From contig CAYSBL010000009.1 in assembly GCA_964429295.1 (NCBI GenBank), positions 1,448-65,447 on the forward strand: a stretch of 64,000 nucleotides of DNA, written 5' to 3'. This stretch comes from an uncultured Rikenellaceae bacterium. GTDB lineage: Bacteria; Bacteroidota; Bacteroidia; Bacteroidales; VadinHA17. Below, one piece after another: positions 37,513 to 47,168 of the stretch; position 1 is the first letter of the stretch, and each line of letters opens with the position of its first letter. Under the pieces are notes generated by a model that saw only the letters and a list, made by a program, of their open reading frames with translations, did not search any database and was not told the DNA's origin. A program made the translations under genes and the position numbers.

Positions 37513-38188
37513 ACAAGGGCAGATTGCATTCTTCGATCTCGACCGCACCATAACCGGGGCTGTAAGCGGACGTCTTATCGTCACGGGAGCATACAGGAAA
37601 GGGCTGATCAAGAATTCGGGAATACTTAAGGCTCTCTGGCTTTCATCAGCCTACAAGCTTAACCTGAGAGATCCCGTGAACATCATGAATGATATGATAA
37701 AGTGGGTGAAAGGGATTAAACTTTCCGCCTTTGAAGATCTGTGCTCAGGTGTTGCCGCTGAAAATCTGTTTCCCTCGGTTTTCAGGGAAGCTTCTGCCGA
37801 AATTGAATTACACAGGCGAAATAATGTTCCGACGGTTTTGCTGTCATCAACCGTCTGCCAGATTTGCAGCAGAGTTGCTGAGCATCTTGCAATGGATGAT
37901 TTCATATGCTCACAGCTTGAAGCTTCTGACGGACTTCTGACCGGATTTCCTCTCGGCGCCCTGTGCTACGGTGAAGAAAAAGGCAGCCGGCTGGCAGGTT
38001 ATTGCCAAAGAAACAATATCGATCCTTCAGGCTCCTGGTATTACGGTGATTCAATCTCGGACCTGCCTGCCCTTCTGCTTGTCGGTAATCCTGTATGCGT
38101 CAATCCCGACAGGAAGCTGGAAAAGGAAGCTCTTTCCCGGAACTGGAAAATATGCCGCTGGCAGGAATCAGTCAGCTTTCAAGTATAA
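37478..38188 (+). CDS. HAD-IB family hydrolase
   Basis: FFDLDRT, LLSST, YYGDSISD, VNPD motifs. Confidence 0.88.
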   Translation: MGTTSSEKSRPEQGQIAFFDLDRTITGAVSGRLIVTGAYRKGLIKNSGILKALWLSSAYKLNLRDPVNIMNDMIKWVKGIKLSAFEDLCSGVAAENLFPSVFREASAEIELHRRNNVPTVLLSSTVCQICSRVAEHLAMDDFICSQLEASDGLLTGFPLGALCYGEEKGSRLAGYCQRNNIDPSGSWYYGDSISDLPALLLVGNPVCVNPDRKLEKEALSRNWKICRWQESVSFQV

Positions 38189-39068
38189 GCTTCAGTCTGT
38201 TGCACAGGTCAATGAGCCCCTCGGGTGTATTTCCTCCTCCCATTTCAATGGTCAGCCAGCCTTTGTAGCCGGTTTCATCAATGGCTTTCATAACCTCCGC
38301 CCAGTTCACATCCCCTTCACGCAGCTTAACATTGAACCCTGCCGACCTGCCCTTTTCATCGGCGATCTTGCGGCTGTACTCCTTTATATGGATCTTCGCT
38401 ATTCTTTTCCCGAGAATTCTTATCCACTGCTCAGGCCAGCCATAAGCCAGAATATTGCCGCAATCAAAATAGGCTCCGACGTATTCACTCTGAAACTGAT
38501 CGACATAACGGACCATTTCAAGAGGGCTCAGCAGGAAGCTGTTCCAGACATTCTCGATGGCTATTTTAACCTTCAGTTTTTCCGCCAGAGGAACAACCTT
38601 CCTTATCTCAACCACTGAACGGTCCCAGCACTCATCATACCTGACGCTGTCAGTCACCCGGCCGGGAACCAGAAGCACGGTATCAGCCCCATACTCAGCA
38701 GCATCTTCGAGAGCTACCTTCATAGCCGCAACACCCTGCTCCCTGACTTCAGGGTCGGGGCTCGACATCAGGTATTTCCAGTGTTGAGAGTTGCACACAC
38801 TTGGGACTGTAAGCCCTGTCGTGGCTGCAGCCTGCCTTACTTCCGTCCTGTCGAGATGGCTGTCCACCTCAACTCCATCAAATCCAGCCTGTTTTGCTGC
38901 TTCGAACTTCTCCATTATGCTGCTGCCCACTCTGATTCCTCCCCACATCATTCCTTTCTTCAGTATCCTTACCGGAGGACTTCCAAACATGCCGGAACCG
39001 GGTAACGGCACTGCTGATACAAATACAGCAGAAACGGCAGCGGTCTTTGTGAATTGCCTTCTGTTCAT
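38172..39068 (-). CDS. Tat-exported xylose-isomerase-like TIM-barrel (sugar phosphate isomerase/epimerase family)
   Basis: NRRQF twin-arginine signal from ATG 39068; IENVWN, YFDCGN, IHIKE, TIE metal motifs. Confidence 0.88.
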   Translation of the reverse strand: MNRRQFTKTAAVSAVFVSAVPLPGSGMFGSPPVRILKKGMMWGGIRVGSSIMEKFEAAKQAGFDGVEVDSHLDRTEVRQAAATTGLTVPSVCNSQHWKYLMSSPDPEVREQGVAAMKVALEDAAEYGADTVLLVPGRVTDSVRYDECWDRSVVEIRKVVPLAEKLKVKIAIENVWNSFLLSPLEMVRYVDQFQSEYVGAYFDCGNILAYGWPEQWIRILGKRIAKIHIKEYSRKIADEKGRSAGFNVKLREGDVNWAEVMKAIDETGYKGWLTIEMGGGNTPEGLIDLCNRLKLILES

Positions 39069-39112
39069 AATTGCGGTTTTTGTCGTAATAGCTTTACATT
39101 TACTTGATTCCA

Positions 39113-40489
39113 TCAGCCAAGGTTGGGAGCAACGCCTATGACCGGAGGCACTTCCGGGATGTCAGGCACCGGACCGAATTCAAACACCTTTGGCCCGAGC
39201 GACAGATCGGAGTTCATCAGCTCGTCCCAGGAAACATCTTTGCCGGTGTAAGCCGAGATCCTCCCCATAATGGTAATGAGTGTAGAATTCACCTGGGCTT
39301 CTCCGTCGTTGACCGTATTTCCGGTCCTTATGCCGGTAACAAGATTTATATGCTCCTGAACATAGGGATCCGTCACTTTCCAGATCTCATCAGTGGAACC
39401 TTCCTCGGGATGAGGATATTTCCAGATCTCCTCTCCCTTCAGATTATATATCATACCCTTAGCGTTGGCAAATCCCTCAGTTCCCACAATAAATTGCTCG
39501 GTCAGGTTGCTGCATCCAGTTATCTGACGGGCAGCACAATGGGTATGCATCCCGGTATCATAGATGTACTCGACGCTGAAGAAATCGTACTGGTCGCCTG
39601 TCACTCTCCTCTGACGGCCTCCCCATCCCATCGCTTTAACAGGATTTTTGCCTATATACCAGTTCATTACATCGATCTCGTGAATGAACTGTTCGACAAT
39701 ATGGTCGCCTGAAAGCCAGCAGAAATTTGCCCAGTTGCGGAGCATGTATTCCATGTCGGTCCATCCCGGCTGACGCTGAACCACCCACAGACCGCCTCCG
39801 TTACGGGTAATATGTGCGCTTACTATCTCCCCTATTGCTCCGTTTGCGACCCTGCGCCAGGTCTCTACAAAATCCTTCTGAACACGACGGATAGTACCGC
39901 TAACCATGCAAAGTCCCTTTTCCCGGGCTCTCTTCACCGAGATCAATACCTTACGTGCTCCCACGGGATCGACAGCCACCGGTTTCTCCATGAAAATATG
40001 CTTGCCCGCTTCAACTGCTGCCTCAATATGGTATGGCCTGAACGCGGGAGGAGTGCACAGCAGTACCAGATCAACTCCCGAATCGATAACTTTCTGATAA
40101 GCGTCGAACCCAATAAAACAGTTCTCATCAGGGACTTCAACGGCATGCTTCGACTTCCTGAGCTGCTCCCTGCACTGATCAAGCTTGTCCTGAAAGACAT
40201 CGCCAAGTGCTGTTATCTGAAGGTTGGGCCCTGCATCAAGGAAGTTCACTGCTGCCCCGGTGCCCCTTCCACCGCATCCGATAAGGCCAGCCCTTATGGG
40301 CTTGCCATCTGGTGCCTGGGTCAGAAATGGAGGCAGCTCAATCTCTTTCTTTTTTGCCTTTCCGGAGCAGGATGAAACCAGTCCGGCCGTACCTATTGCT
40401 CCGAGTGTTGCCATCGAGGTAAGAGAGATAAAACTCCTGCGGTCAATACCCTCCCTGTTTGCGTCTTTTGGATTTTTTTCTTTTTCCAT
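39113..40489 (-). CDS. Tat-exported Gfo/Idh/MocA oxidoreductase
   Basis: DRRSF signal, IGCGGRG, CTPPAFRPYH, FMEKP, EQFIHEID. Confidence 0.92.
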   Translation of the reverse strand: MEKEKNPKDANREGIDRRSFISLTSMATLGAIGTAGLVSSCSGKAKKKEIELPPFLTQAPDGKPIRAGLIGCGGRGTGAAVNFLDAGPNLQITALGDVFQDKLDQCREQLRKSKHAVEVPDENCFIGFDAYQKVIDSGVDLVLLCTPPAFRPYHIEAAVEAGKHIFMEKPVAVDPVGARKVLISVKRAREKGLCMVSGTIRRVQKDFVETWRRVANGAIGEIVSAHITRNGGGLWVVQRQPGWTDMEYMLRNWANFCWLSGDHIVEQFIHEIDVMNWYIGKNPVKAMGWGGRQRRVTGDQYDFFSVEYIYDTGMHTHCAARQITGCSNLTEQFIVGTEGFANAKGMIYNLKGEEIWKYPHPEEGSTDEIWKVTDPYVQEHINLVTGIRTGNTVNDGEAQVNSTLITIMGRISAYTGKDVSWDELMNSDLSLGPKVFEFGPVPDIPEVPPVIGVAPNLG

Positions 40490-40516
40490 AGGTCCTTATG
40501 TATTAGCTATTACGTT

Positions 40517-41704
40517 TTAATAAACTTCCAGCTCTCTCCATCCCGGCACGGAGGGGAAGCTTGCATGCGGCTCTGACTGATACCAGTAGCATACCGAGGC
40601 TATATCCGATTTCTGGGCAAGGTACCTGCCTCCCTGCCTCCATCCCAGATCCTGAATGGTAATCCTGAGATCCTTCTCAAACCTCACAGGATCCATTATA
40701 TGCCAGCGATACATCCCGAATCTCTGCATAACATTGTAATGCCCGTCTCCCCTTATAACCTGATGCAGGCCCGAATACGGCGTACAGAATTCAGTGTAAT
40801 TAACCTCCTCAACTCCATAGGGATTCTTTTTCCGCGTATCGAAGTCGTACGAGCCGCATATATAATCCTCGGTGCCGGTACCGCAGATGGTGGGATATTT
40901 TGTATCCCCGTCGATGAAAAACTTGATCTCTCCCTCACCCCACCAGCCGTTGTTGAATACTCCCCATGCAAGGTAAACACCAACATAGTGACCTTTCCCC
41001 TTTATCCCGTCAACTATGGTATAATCGGAGGTAACATTCGGATTAAGCCTCCTGTACTGGGCATGAAAGTAAGCGGCATCATCGGGAACATCAGTCAGTG
41101 TATAGTCGATCTGGTAATAGAGCGTCATAACGTCAGCATCTCCCACATTCTCCATGGTTATCCTGCAGTGCTTCCTGAAGGGCATCACCCAGTAGCAGTT
41201 AAAGGCGCTCCCCGGATTAACACAAACAGCTGATGAGACAAGGGGAGCATACTGTCCCCAGCCCATGCCGAAAAAGTCGCCGACGGGACATTCAACAGAG
41301 GGTTCCTTCTCATTGTCCCAGTATATCCTCAGTATTGAATAACGCCATTTGCCGGCCGGAGTCATCCATATATGCTGGATTGCTCCCGGGCCGTCAACAT
41401 CGGCCAGCGTAAAGGTTTCACCCGGCTGTATCCGGATATAGGGATTTACTTTCCAACCCTGACCCAGATCACGGGCAGCATTATAGGCATTTGCCACATT
41501 AGGCTTGTCCTTGTCGGAGGGTGAGGCCATCCCTCCCCTGCCCTTTTCTCCGGCAAAATTCTCCGGGCTTATGGAACGGGTCTTTGCATCGGATAACCTG
41601 TACAGGTTACCCATGTTCATGTCGAGTCCGTTAAATCCCTTCTGGGACAGAGCCGGAAATGAAAACACGGAAAAGACCAGTGTAATAAAAAATAATTTTC
41701 TCAT
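40517..41704 (-). CDS. DUF2961 / GH172 glycosidase
   Basis: RSISPENFAGEKG, GPGAIQHIWMT, PVGDFFG, WWGEGEIKFFIDGD, GTGTEDY, YRWHIMDP; signal peptide from ATG 41704. Confidence 0.9.
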   Translation of the reverse strand: MRKLFFITLVFSVFSFPALSQKGFNGLDMNMGNLYRLSDAKTRSISPENFAGEKGRGGMASPSDKDKPNVANAYNAARDLGQGWKVNPYIRIQPGETFTLADVDGPGAIQHIWMTPAGKWRYSILRIYWDNEKEPSVECPVGDFFGMGWGQYAPLVSSAVCVNPGSAFNCYWVMPFRKHCRITMENVGDADVMTLYYQIDYTLTDVPDDAAYFHAQYRRLNPNVTSDYTIVDGIKGKGHYVGVYLAWGVFNNGWWGEGEIKFFIDGDTKYPTICGTGTEDYICGSYDFDTRKKNPYGVEEVNYTEFCTPYSGLHQVIRGDGHYNVMQRFGMYRWHIMDPVRFEKDLRITIQDLGWRQGGRYLAQKSDIASVCYWYQSEPHASFPSVPGWRELEVY

Positions 41705-41858
41705 GGAAACAGGCTTAGTTTGTGATTGAGTAATATTCAAGCAGGCCATTCAATGATGCTTTGCTTAAAATTAATTAATTATAATCATTTAAGGGGAAAA
41801 AATTCGCGATATATTTAAATCTTTATGCCGGGCAGGGTTACATTTATGCTTGAAAAGA

Positions 41859-41992
41859 CCCCCTTTCCCGTTTCCCTGCCTGCGCTGCCGCTTCGGCAGA
41901 CAGGCCCCAGGGGGGAAATGCTTTTCGCGCTTTCACCCCGGGGAGCAAACGCATGTTGCCCCTTCCCCCCGGGGGGAAGGTTGGGAAGGGGG
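41859..41992. repeat. GC-rich REP-like element, copy 2, with a nested 30-bp palindrome
   Basis: Same ends as 34041-34117, with CCTGCCTGCGCTGCCGCTTCGGCAGACAGG inserted at 41875-41904. Confidence 0.8.
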
Positions 41993-42030
41993 TTTATTAA
42001 TGAATAATATACCGATGGCCGTTTCTTTTT

Positions 42031-43653
42031 ATGAACAAAAAATCATATTTCATGAATTTCTCATTTAAAGTACCACATAACCTCGTAATAGTCTTCAGTA
42101 TCATTATATGTGCAGCAATCCTTACCTGGGTGATTCCCGGCGGTAAGTACGACCGGGAGACCATCGGGGTAAACGGTGTTGAACGAAGCGTTATCGTCAA
42201 CGGTTCATTTCACTACGTTGAGAGCCAACCTCAGACCTGGCAGGTATTCTCTGCATTCTATAAGGGCTTTATAAACATGTCGCATATTATCGTCTTCATC
42301 CTGATGGTAGGCGGGGCGTTCTGGATAATGAACGACACCAAAGCGATCGATGTTGGTATCTTCTCATTTCTGGGATTCACGAAGAGAATGGAAAGATTCA
42401 GGCCGGTGAGACTGCTTGGGGTTAATAATATTATTATAACCTCTATAATGATACTTTTCAGTCTGTTCGGGGCTTTATTCGGTATGTCTGAAGAGACCAT
42501 AGCCTTTTCAGTGATATTCGTACCTCTCGCAATATCAATGGGATATGATTCGCTGGTCGGCATTGCTCTGTGCTACTTCGCTGCCCATATAGGGTTTGCG
42601 GGGGCCATATTGAACCCGTTCACCGTGGGAATTGCACAGGGACTTGCGAGTGTGCCGCTTTTTACGGGAATAGAATACAGGACGCTATGCTGGGTGATTA
42701 TAACTGCTGCAGGAATACTTTTCGTACTTTGGTATGCTTCGCGCATACATCTTAATCCCAGGAAAAGCATTATGTACGAGGCTGATGAATACTGGAGACA
42801 GAAAAGCAGTTCCGGGACGGGGGAAATATCTTACCATACTCCTCCGGCTGCATGGTTTACAGCTCTTGCCACAGGCATAGTACTGATTGTTTTTGCTGTT
42901 TATTATCCGGTCACCCGGCTTGAAATGGGATTAATGAAACTAACTGCTCCGTTATTGCCAGTTATGGCTGGTTTGTTTTTTATTTTCAGCTATCTGACTC
43001 TCAGAAAGTCGATCCATTTCTTTGTACTTAACGTACTGGCATTCACAATGATTTTCCTGGTTATAGGAGTTCTCGGATATGAATGGTACATAATGGAAAT
43101 AGCGGCATTGTTCCTCGGGATGGGTCTGGTAACCGGGTTCGCCGCCGGAAGAAAACCCGGCGATGTGGCCAGGTTGTTTGTGGAGGGAGTCAGGGACATT
43201 GTATCGGCATCCCTGGTTGTCGGATTTGCAGGTGGGATAATTGCGGTTCTTACCGACGGCCAGATAATTGACACTGTTCTCTATTCAATGTCGGGGGCGC
43301 TTGAAGGAACAGGCAAAATGCCGGCTCTCGGAATGATGTATTTCTTCCAGAGTGCCCTGAACCTGATAATAACTTCAGGTTCGGCCAAAGCTGCACTTAC
43401 TATTCCCATCATGGCTGAATTCAGCGATCTGGTCGGTCTTACCCGTCAGGCAACCATAATGGCATTCCAGTTCGGGGCAGGTTTCACTGATATGATTGCC
43501 CCGACATCGGGAGTTCTTATGGGAGTGCTGGGAATGGCGAGAATCCCTTACGCCAGATGGCTGAAATGGGTTACGCCGATCCTGCTGATACTGGTGGTAC
43601 TGGGGCTTCTGCTTCTTATACCGACAGTAACCATGAAACTGAGCGGATTTTAA
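42031..43653 (+). CDS. YfcC / C4-dicarboxylate anaerobic carrier family transporter
   Basis: AILTWVIPGGKY, FGMSEETIAF, NPFTVGIAQ, SGSAKAALTIPIM, AFQFGAG, PTSGVLMG. Confidence 0.88.
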   Translation: MNKKSYFMNFSFKVPHNLVIVFSIIICAAILTWVIPGGKYDRETIGVNGVERSVIVNGSFHYVESQPQTWQVFSAFYKGFINMSHIIVFILMVGGAFWIMNDTKAIDVGIFSFLGFTKRMERFRPVRLLGVNNIIITSIMILFSLFGALFGMSEETIAFSVIFVPLAISMGYDSLVGIALCYFAAHIGFAGAILNPFTVGIAQGLASVPLFTGIEYRTLCWVIITAAGILFVLWYASRIHLNPRKSIMYEADEYWRQKSSSGTGEISYHTPPAAWFTALATGIVLIVFAVYYPVTRLEMGLMKLTAPLLPVMAGLFFIFSYLTLRKSIHFFVLNVLAFTMIFLVIGVLGYEWYIMEIAALFLGMGLVTGFAAGRKPGDVARLFVEGVRDIVSASLVVGFAGGIIAVLTDGQIIDTVLYSMSGALEGTGKMPALGMMYFFQSALNLIITSGSAKAALTIPIMAEFSDLVGLTRQATIMAFQFGAGFTDMIAPTSGVLMGVLGMARIPYARWLKWVTPILLILVVLGLLLLIPTVTMKLSGF

Positions 43654-44126
43654 AAAATATACCTGATCGACAATGCTCCGCCGTCACCCCAGAAACCGCT
43701 GTAACCGGTAAGATTGAAGGCAGGCTTCCAGTCGAGACCAATGTTTATCGGAACATCCTCGAAATTGTATTCAATACCAAGGATACCGTCGATGCCGATA
43801 ATCGTGTAATTTGTTCCGGGGTCTCCCCATCTGTCTACTGTGTTGTCGCCATTCCAGAAACCAATGTGGGCGCCGCCGCCATAATACCAGTTGAGTCTTG
43901 AAACGTCGAAGGCATTATCATGAACTTCATAAAGGCCGGTCACCTCAAATCCCCTCCACCTTGTAGAGAGAATTCCCTCAAAAGCCGACCGCTGACTTAC
44001 AAAATGCTTTATGGTAAGACCATTTGAGAATCCAAGCCTAAGTCCCACTCCGGTATTGTAATCCTGGGCTTCAGCAAAAGCAGAAAGGAATATGACAAGG
44101 GCAAATGCGAGAATGATCTTTTTCAT
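43650..44126 (-). CDS. Small outer-membrane beta-barrel-like protein
   Basis: Signal peptide, alternating amphipathic strands, C-terminal RYIF; TAAATTTG -7 box at 44157-44164 (minus). Confidence 0.75.
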   Translation of the reverse strand: MKKIILAFALVIFLSAFAEAQDYNTGVGLRLGFSNGLTIKHFVSQRSAFEGILSTRWRGFEVTGLYEVHDNAFDVSRLNWYYGGGAHIGFWNGDNTVDRWGDPGTNYTIIGIDGILGIEYNFEDVPINIGLDWKPAFNLTGYSGFWGDGGALSIRYIF

Positions 44127-44181
44127 GGCGCTTATTTTAGTGTTTTATTAACATCACAAATTTAACAAAAACATCAGGAAT

Positions 44182-44216
44182 AAAAAAAAGGGAAGGATTT
44201 ACCCCGGATCCTCCCC
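44182..44216 (-). terminator. Intrinsic terminator downstream of the 44-aa small ORF
   Basis: Minus strand GGGGAGGAT-(9 nt)-ATCCTTCCC followed by T8. Confidence 0.8.
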
Positions 44217-44282
44217 TTCAAAAGCCCCGGATTATTCATCCGGGAAAGAATGATTAACAAACCAAACAAACTTAGACCAAAG

Positions 44283-44417
44283 CTAACTTAAGAAAAACAC
44301 GTATTTATAGTCAAAACCATTTTCACGAAGCCACCACCGAAGAGCTTTAGCTATTTTCCTCCTTCTGAGCATTACCGTCCCAAGTTCCTGTGATGATATC
44401 CTGTAGAAAGTTTTCAT
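44283..44417 (-). CDS. Unannotated 44-aa basic small protein
   Basis: MKTFYRISSQELGTVMLRRRKIAKALRWWLRENGFDYKYVFFLS; A-rich initiation region, promoter-like ATTG-N20-TATTTTTA at 44491-44460, downstream terminator. Confidence 0.7.
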   Translation of the reverse strand: MKTFYRISSQELGTVMLRRRKIAKALRWWLRENGFDYKYVFFLS

Positions 44418-44856
44418 GACAATACTATTTATATTTTATTTATTGAAATTCCTTTGATGTAAAAATACAACCACAAATAATGTTTGTCAATACGCTAATG
44501 CCCAATTAGTGAGGTTTCCCGTCTAATGTCAGACAACCTTTATCTCCCGGAAACCTAAGCCTGACAACTGCTTTTCACCTCTCATAAATGAAAATCACCG
44601 GTTCGTCAAATCGGTTGTGGAATTTACGAAGGAACCCGGCTGAATGGCAATTTACGGCTTCTCTCTCATGACAAACCCCTGATTGTCACGATAGTAGCCT
44701 TCGCCGGGAGGAAAAAGAAGACATATCCCAGCTTTTGACCAATGGTTAAAATGGAATGATGTAAATTTGACCTTTTTGATGATTCGGGGACAAATCAAAA
44801 GGTTTTTTCTCCTTAATCAGTATCTTTCGACTCCGGAAACTTAGCTAAATTTAATT

Positions 44857-45777
44857 ATGCCACTCAATATTTCCGATAATCTGCCGGCAGTCAGGATCCT
44901 CGAAAACGAGAATATTTTCGTAATGAAGGAGACCAGAGCTGTTCATCAGGACATAAGGCCGCTGAGGATACTTATTTTCAACCTTATGCCTGTGAAGATC
45001 ACTACCGAAACCCAGATCCTGAGACTTCTTTCCAACACTCCCCTGCAGGTTGAGATTACGCTGATCTACTCCAGCATGCACCTTTCAAAGAATACTCCCA
45101 GGGAACATCTTGATGCATTCTACAAGACTTTCGACGACATTGCCCATCATAAGTTTGACGGGCTGATAATCACGGGCGCTCCGATTGAACATCTTGAATT
45201 CGAAGAAGTTGATTACTGGCAGGAGATGGTGAGGATAATGAACTGGGCCGATCAGCACATTACTTCCACCCTGTTCATCTGCTGGGCATCACAGGCCGGT
45301 CTATACCATCATTACGGGATTCCGAAATACATGATGACTGAAAAGAAATTTGGCGTATTCAGCCACAGAATCTACAACAGGAAACATGTTCTTACAAGGG
45401 GATTCGATGATGAATTCCTGGCACCTCACTCCAGATATACCGAAGTCAGGAAAGAAGATATTGAAAAAGTAAGCGGCCTGGAAATTCTTGCCGATTCCGG
45501 TGAAGCCGGCATTTACCTTGTAGCATCACGCGACCTTAAACGGATATTTGTGACAGGGCACTCAGAATATGATCCCCTTACCCTCAAGTCTGAATATGAG
45601 AGGGATATAGCAAAAGGAATCGATATTAAAGTGCCAAGGAACTACTTCCTCAATGATGATCCTCAACGTGAACCAATTGTGAAATGGAGAAGCCATGCCA
45701 GCCTTCTTTTCTCAAACTGGCTTAACTATTGCGTTTACCAGGAAACTCCGTTTGTCCTTGAAAACGGGAATCATTAG
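44857..45777 (+). CDS. metA: MetA-family homoserine O-acyltransferase, predicted acetyl-CoA-specific
   Basis: [39 protein letters not shown] has Glu at the specificity position (Gly in succinyl-type enzymes). Confidence 0.93.
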   Translation: MPLNISDNLPAVRILENENIFVMKETRAVHQDIRPLRILIFNLMPVKITTETQILRLLSNTPLQVEITLIYSSMHLSKNTPREHLDAFYKTFDDIAHHKFDGLIITGAPIEHLEFEEVDYWQEMVRIMNWADQHITSTLFICWASQAGLYHHYGIPKYMMTEKKFGVFSHRIYNRKHVLTRGFDDEFLAPHSRYTEVRKEDIEKVSGLEILADSGEAGIYLVASRDLKRIFVTGHSEYDPLTLKSEYERDIAKGIDIKVPRNYFLNDDPQREPIVKWRSHASLLFSNWLNYCVYQETPFVLENGNH

Positions 45778-45824
45778 GATCCTTTCCGATGTGAGATCAA
45801 AGGGCTTTGCCGATTACCAGGCAA

Positions 45825-46931
45825 TCAGTTATCAAAATTAATATTGCGATAATAGGACAGCTCATTGGCCATCTTCCTGAACGCCTTTCTGTTCTGCTTG
45901 TCATCCCTGTAACCGCTGATCCGGCTCAGACCAAAATAGGCATAGGATGATGCATCATGCCCGTAATACCCGAATGATGAAAGCTCGCTTATGCCTTTAT
46001 TATAATACTTTTCGGCCTTTTCATGGTTACGGTATTTCTTCTCCTGGATTATCCCGTTGAAAATGGACATCTGCGCCATGAAATATCGGTTACCGCTGGT
46101 GTCTTCCACTGATTTCATGAGATCCTCGGCTTCATCATATTTCCCGAGCAGAAGCAGGTTCTTTATATATCCTGCAGTGTAGGGAAGATTGGCAGGATGT
46201 ATCTCATAAAGCCCTTTCGTATAGGGCAGTGCCCGCTGATAATTATTCTCAAAGTTCATGAAGATATACGAGAGGAATGAATAAGCCTCTGCCCTCAGCA
46301 TAATTGAATTCAATGCGGCATTCTGCATCTCGGATATCCCTTTAACCTTGTCTCCCCTGGGAAAAAGGAAGGCAAGCACCTTGTATATGGGATGGGCTTC
46401 AGGGTAAGCTTCCCGGTAATAATTGTAAAGACCTGTGAAAAAATTGAAATCAGGGTAAACAGTAGTATAATTAAAAGATTCCCTGATATATCTGTACGTG
46501 TCTATTACCATTGGATTGATCTTCGACTGCAGGTTGTTGTCGGCATAATACATGAGAAGCATTCCCCTTGCGCCGAGATTTGCCAGAAGATATTCAGCAT
46601 AATTATCAATATCCTGTTCTTCCTCGGATAGACGGATGCATGCAGTCATGCTTTTTTCATAAGCGTCAGACAACTTGTTCCCCGGAGTAAGGGGATGATT
46701 TGACCAGTATGTCAGCATTCCGCTGTAAAGGTGAATCACCGGATGACCGGGGTAAGCCCGGGATAGTTTTTGTCCGGCCACAGTGGCTTCCCGGAACCTG
46801 AATCCATAAATATCATCAACACCCTTCTTCAAAAGGTTGATTGCAGCCGTGTCACTGAGTATCTGACCATTGAGCTCAGGAACTGCTGTTAAAAATAGCA
46901 AAAACAGATATTTCCTTATAATTTGAAACAT
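45825..46931 (-). CDS. Secreted helical-repeat (TPR-like) hypothetical protein
   Basis: Signal peptide; A/L/Y-rich helical periodicity; no catalytic motif recognised. Confidence 0.65.
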   Translation of the reverse strand: MFQIIRKYLFLLFLTAVPELNGQILSDTAAINLLKKGVDDIYGFRFREATVAGQKLSRAYPGHPVIHLYSGMLTYWSNHPLTPGNKLSDAYEKSMTACIRLSEEEQDIDNYAEYLLANLGARGMLLMYYADNNLQSKINPMVIDTYRYIRESFNYTTVYPDFNFFTGLYNYYREAYPEAHPIYKVLAFLFPRGDKVKGISEMQNAALNSIMLRAEAYSFLSYIFMNFENNYQRALPYTKGLYEIHPANLPYTAGYIKNLLLLGKYDEAEDLMKSVEDTSGNRYFMAQMSIFNGIIQEKKYRNHEKAEKYYNKGISELSSFGYYGHDASSYAYFGLSRISGYRDDKQNRKAFRKMANELSYYRNINFDN

Positions 46932-47168
46932 GACTGGGATATATCAAATTTCCTTCCAAATTACAATTTTTCCCGGCAAGCCGGACCTTCCCGGATAAAA
47001 CAAAATCGAAACCCTGACATAATATACTGAATCAGTGAACACAAGATGTCTTCTGAAAGTAAATAAATGTTAAACATCCATTATTTCTGAACATATCTTT
47101 CTACATGTTGTTTGAACAATTACAAGCATAGGTGCAATTGACTGCTAACGCTCAAATACCTTTCAAAA

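Noticed and set aside
44202-44244. CCCGGAT/ATCCGGG hairpin as an antiterminator for the downstream beta-barrel gene
   Set aside because: The alternative pairing removes only about 2 bp of the terminator stem, and the downstream gene has its own -7 box.
44607-44618. CAAATCGGTTGT as a fourth LacI operator
   Set aside because: Only 9/12 match with the outer palindromic bases lost, and no -7 box at the conserved spacing.
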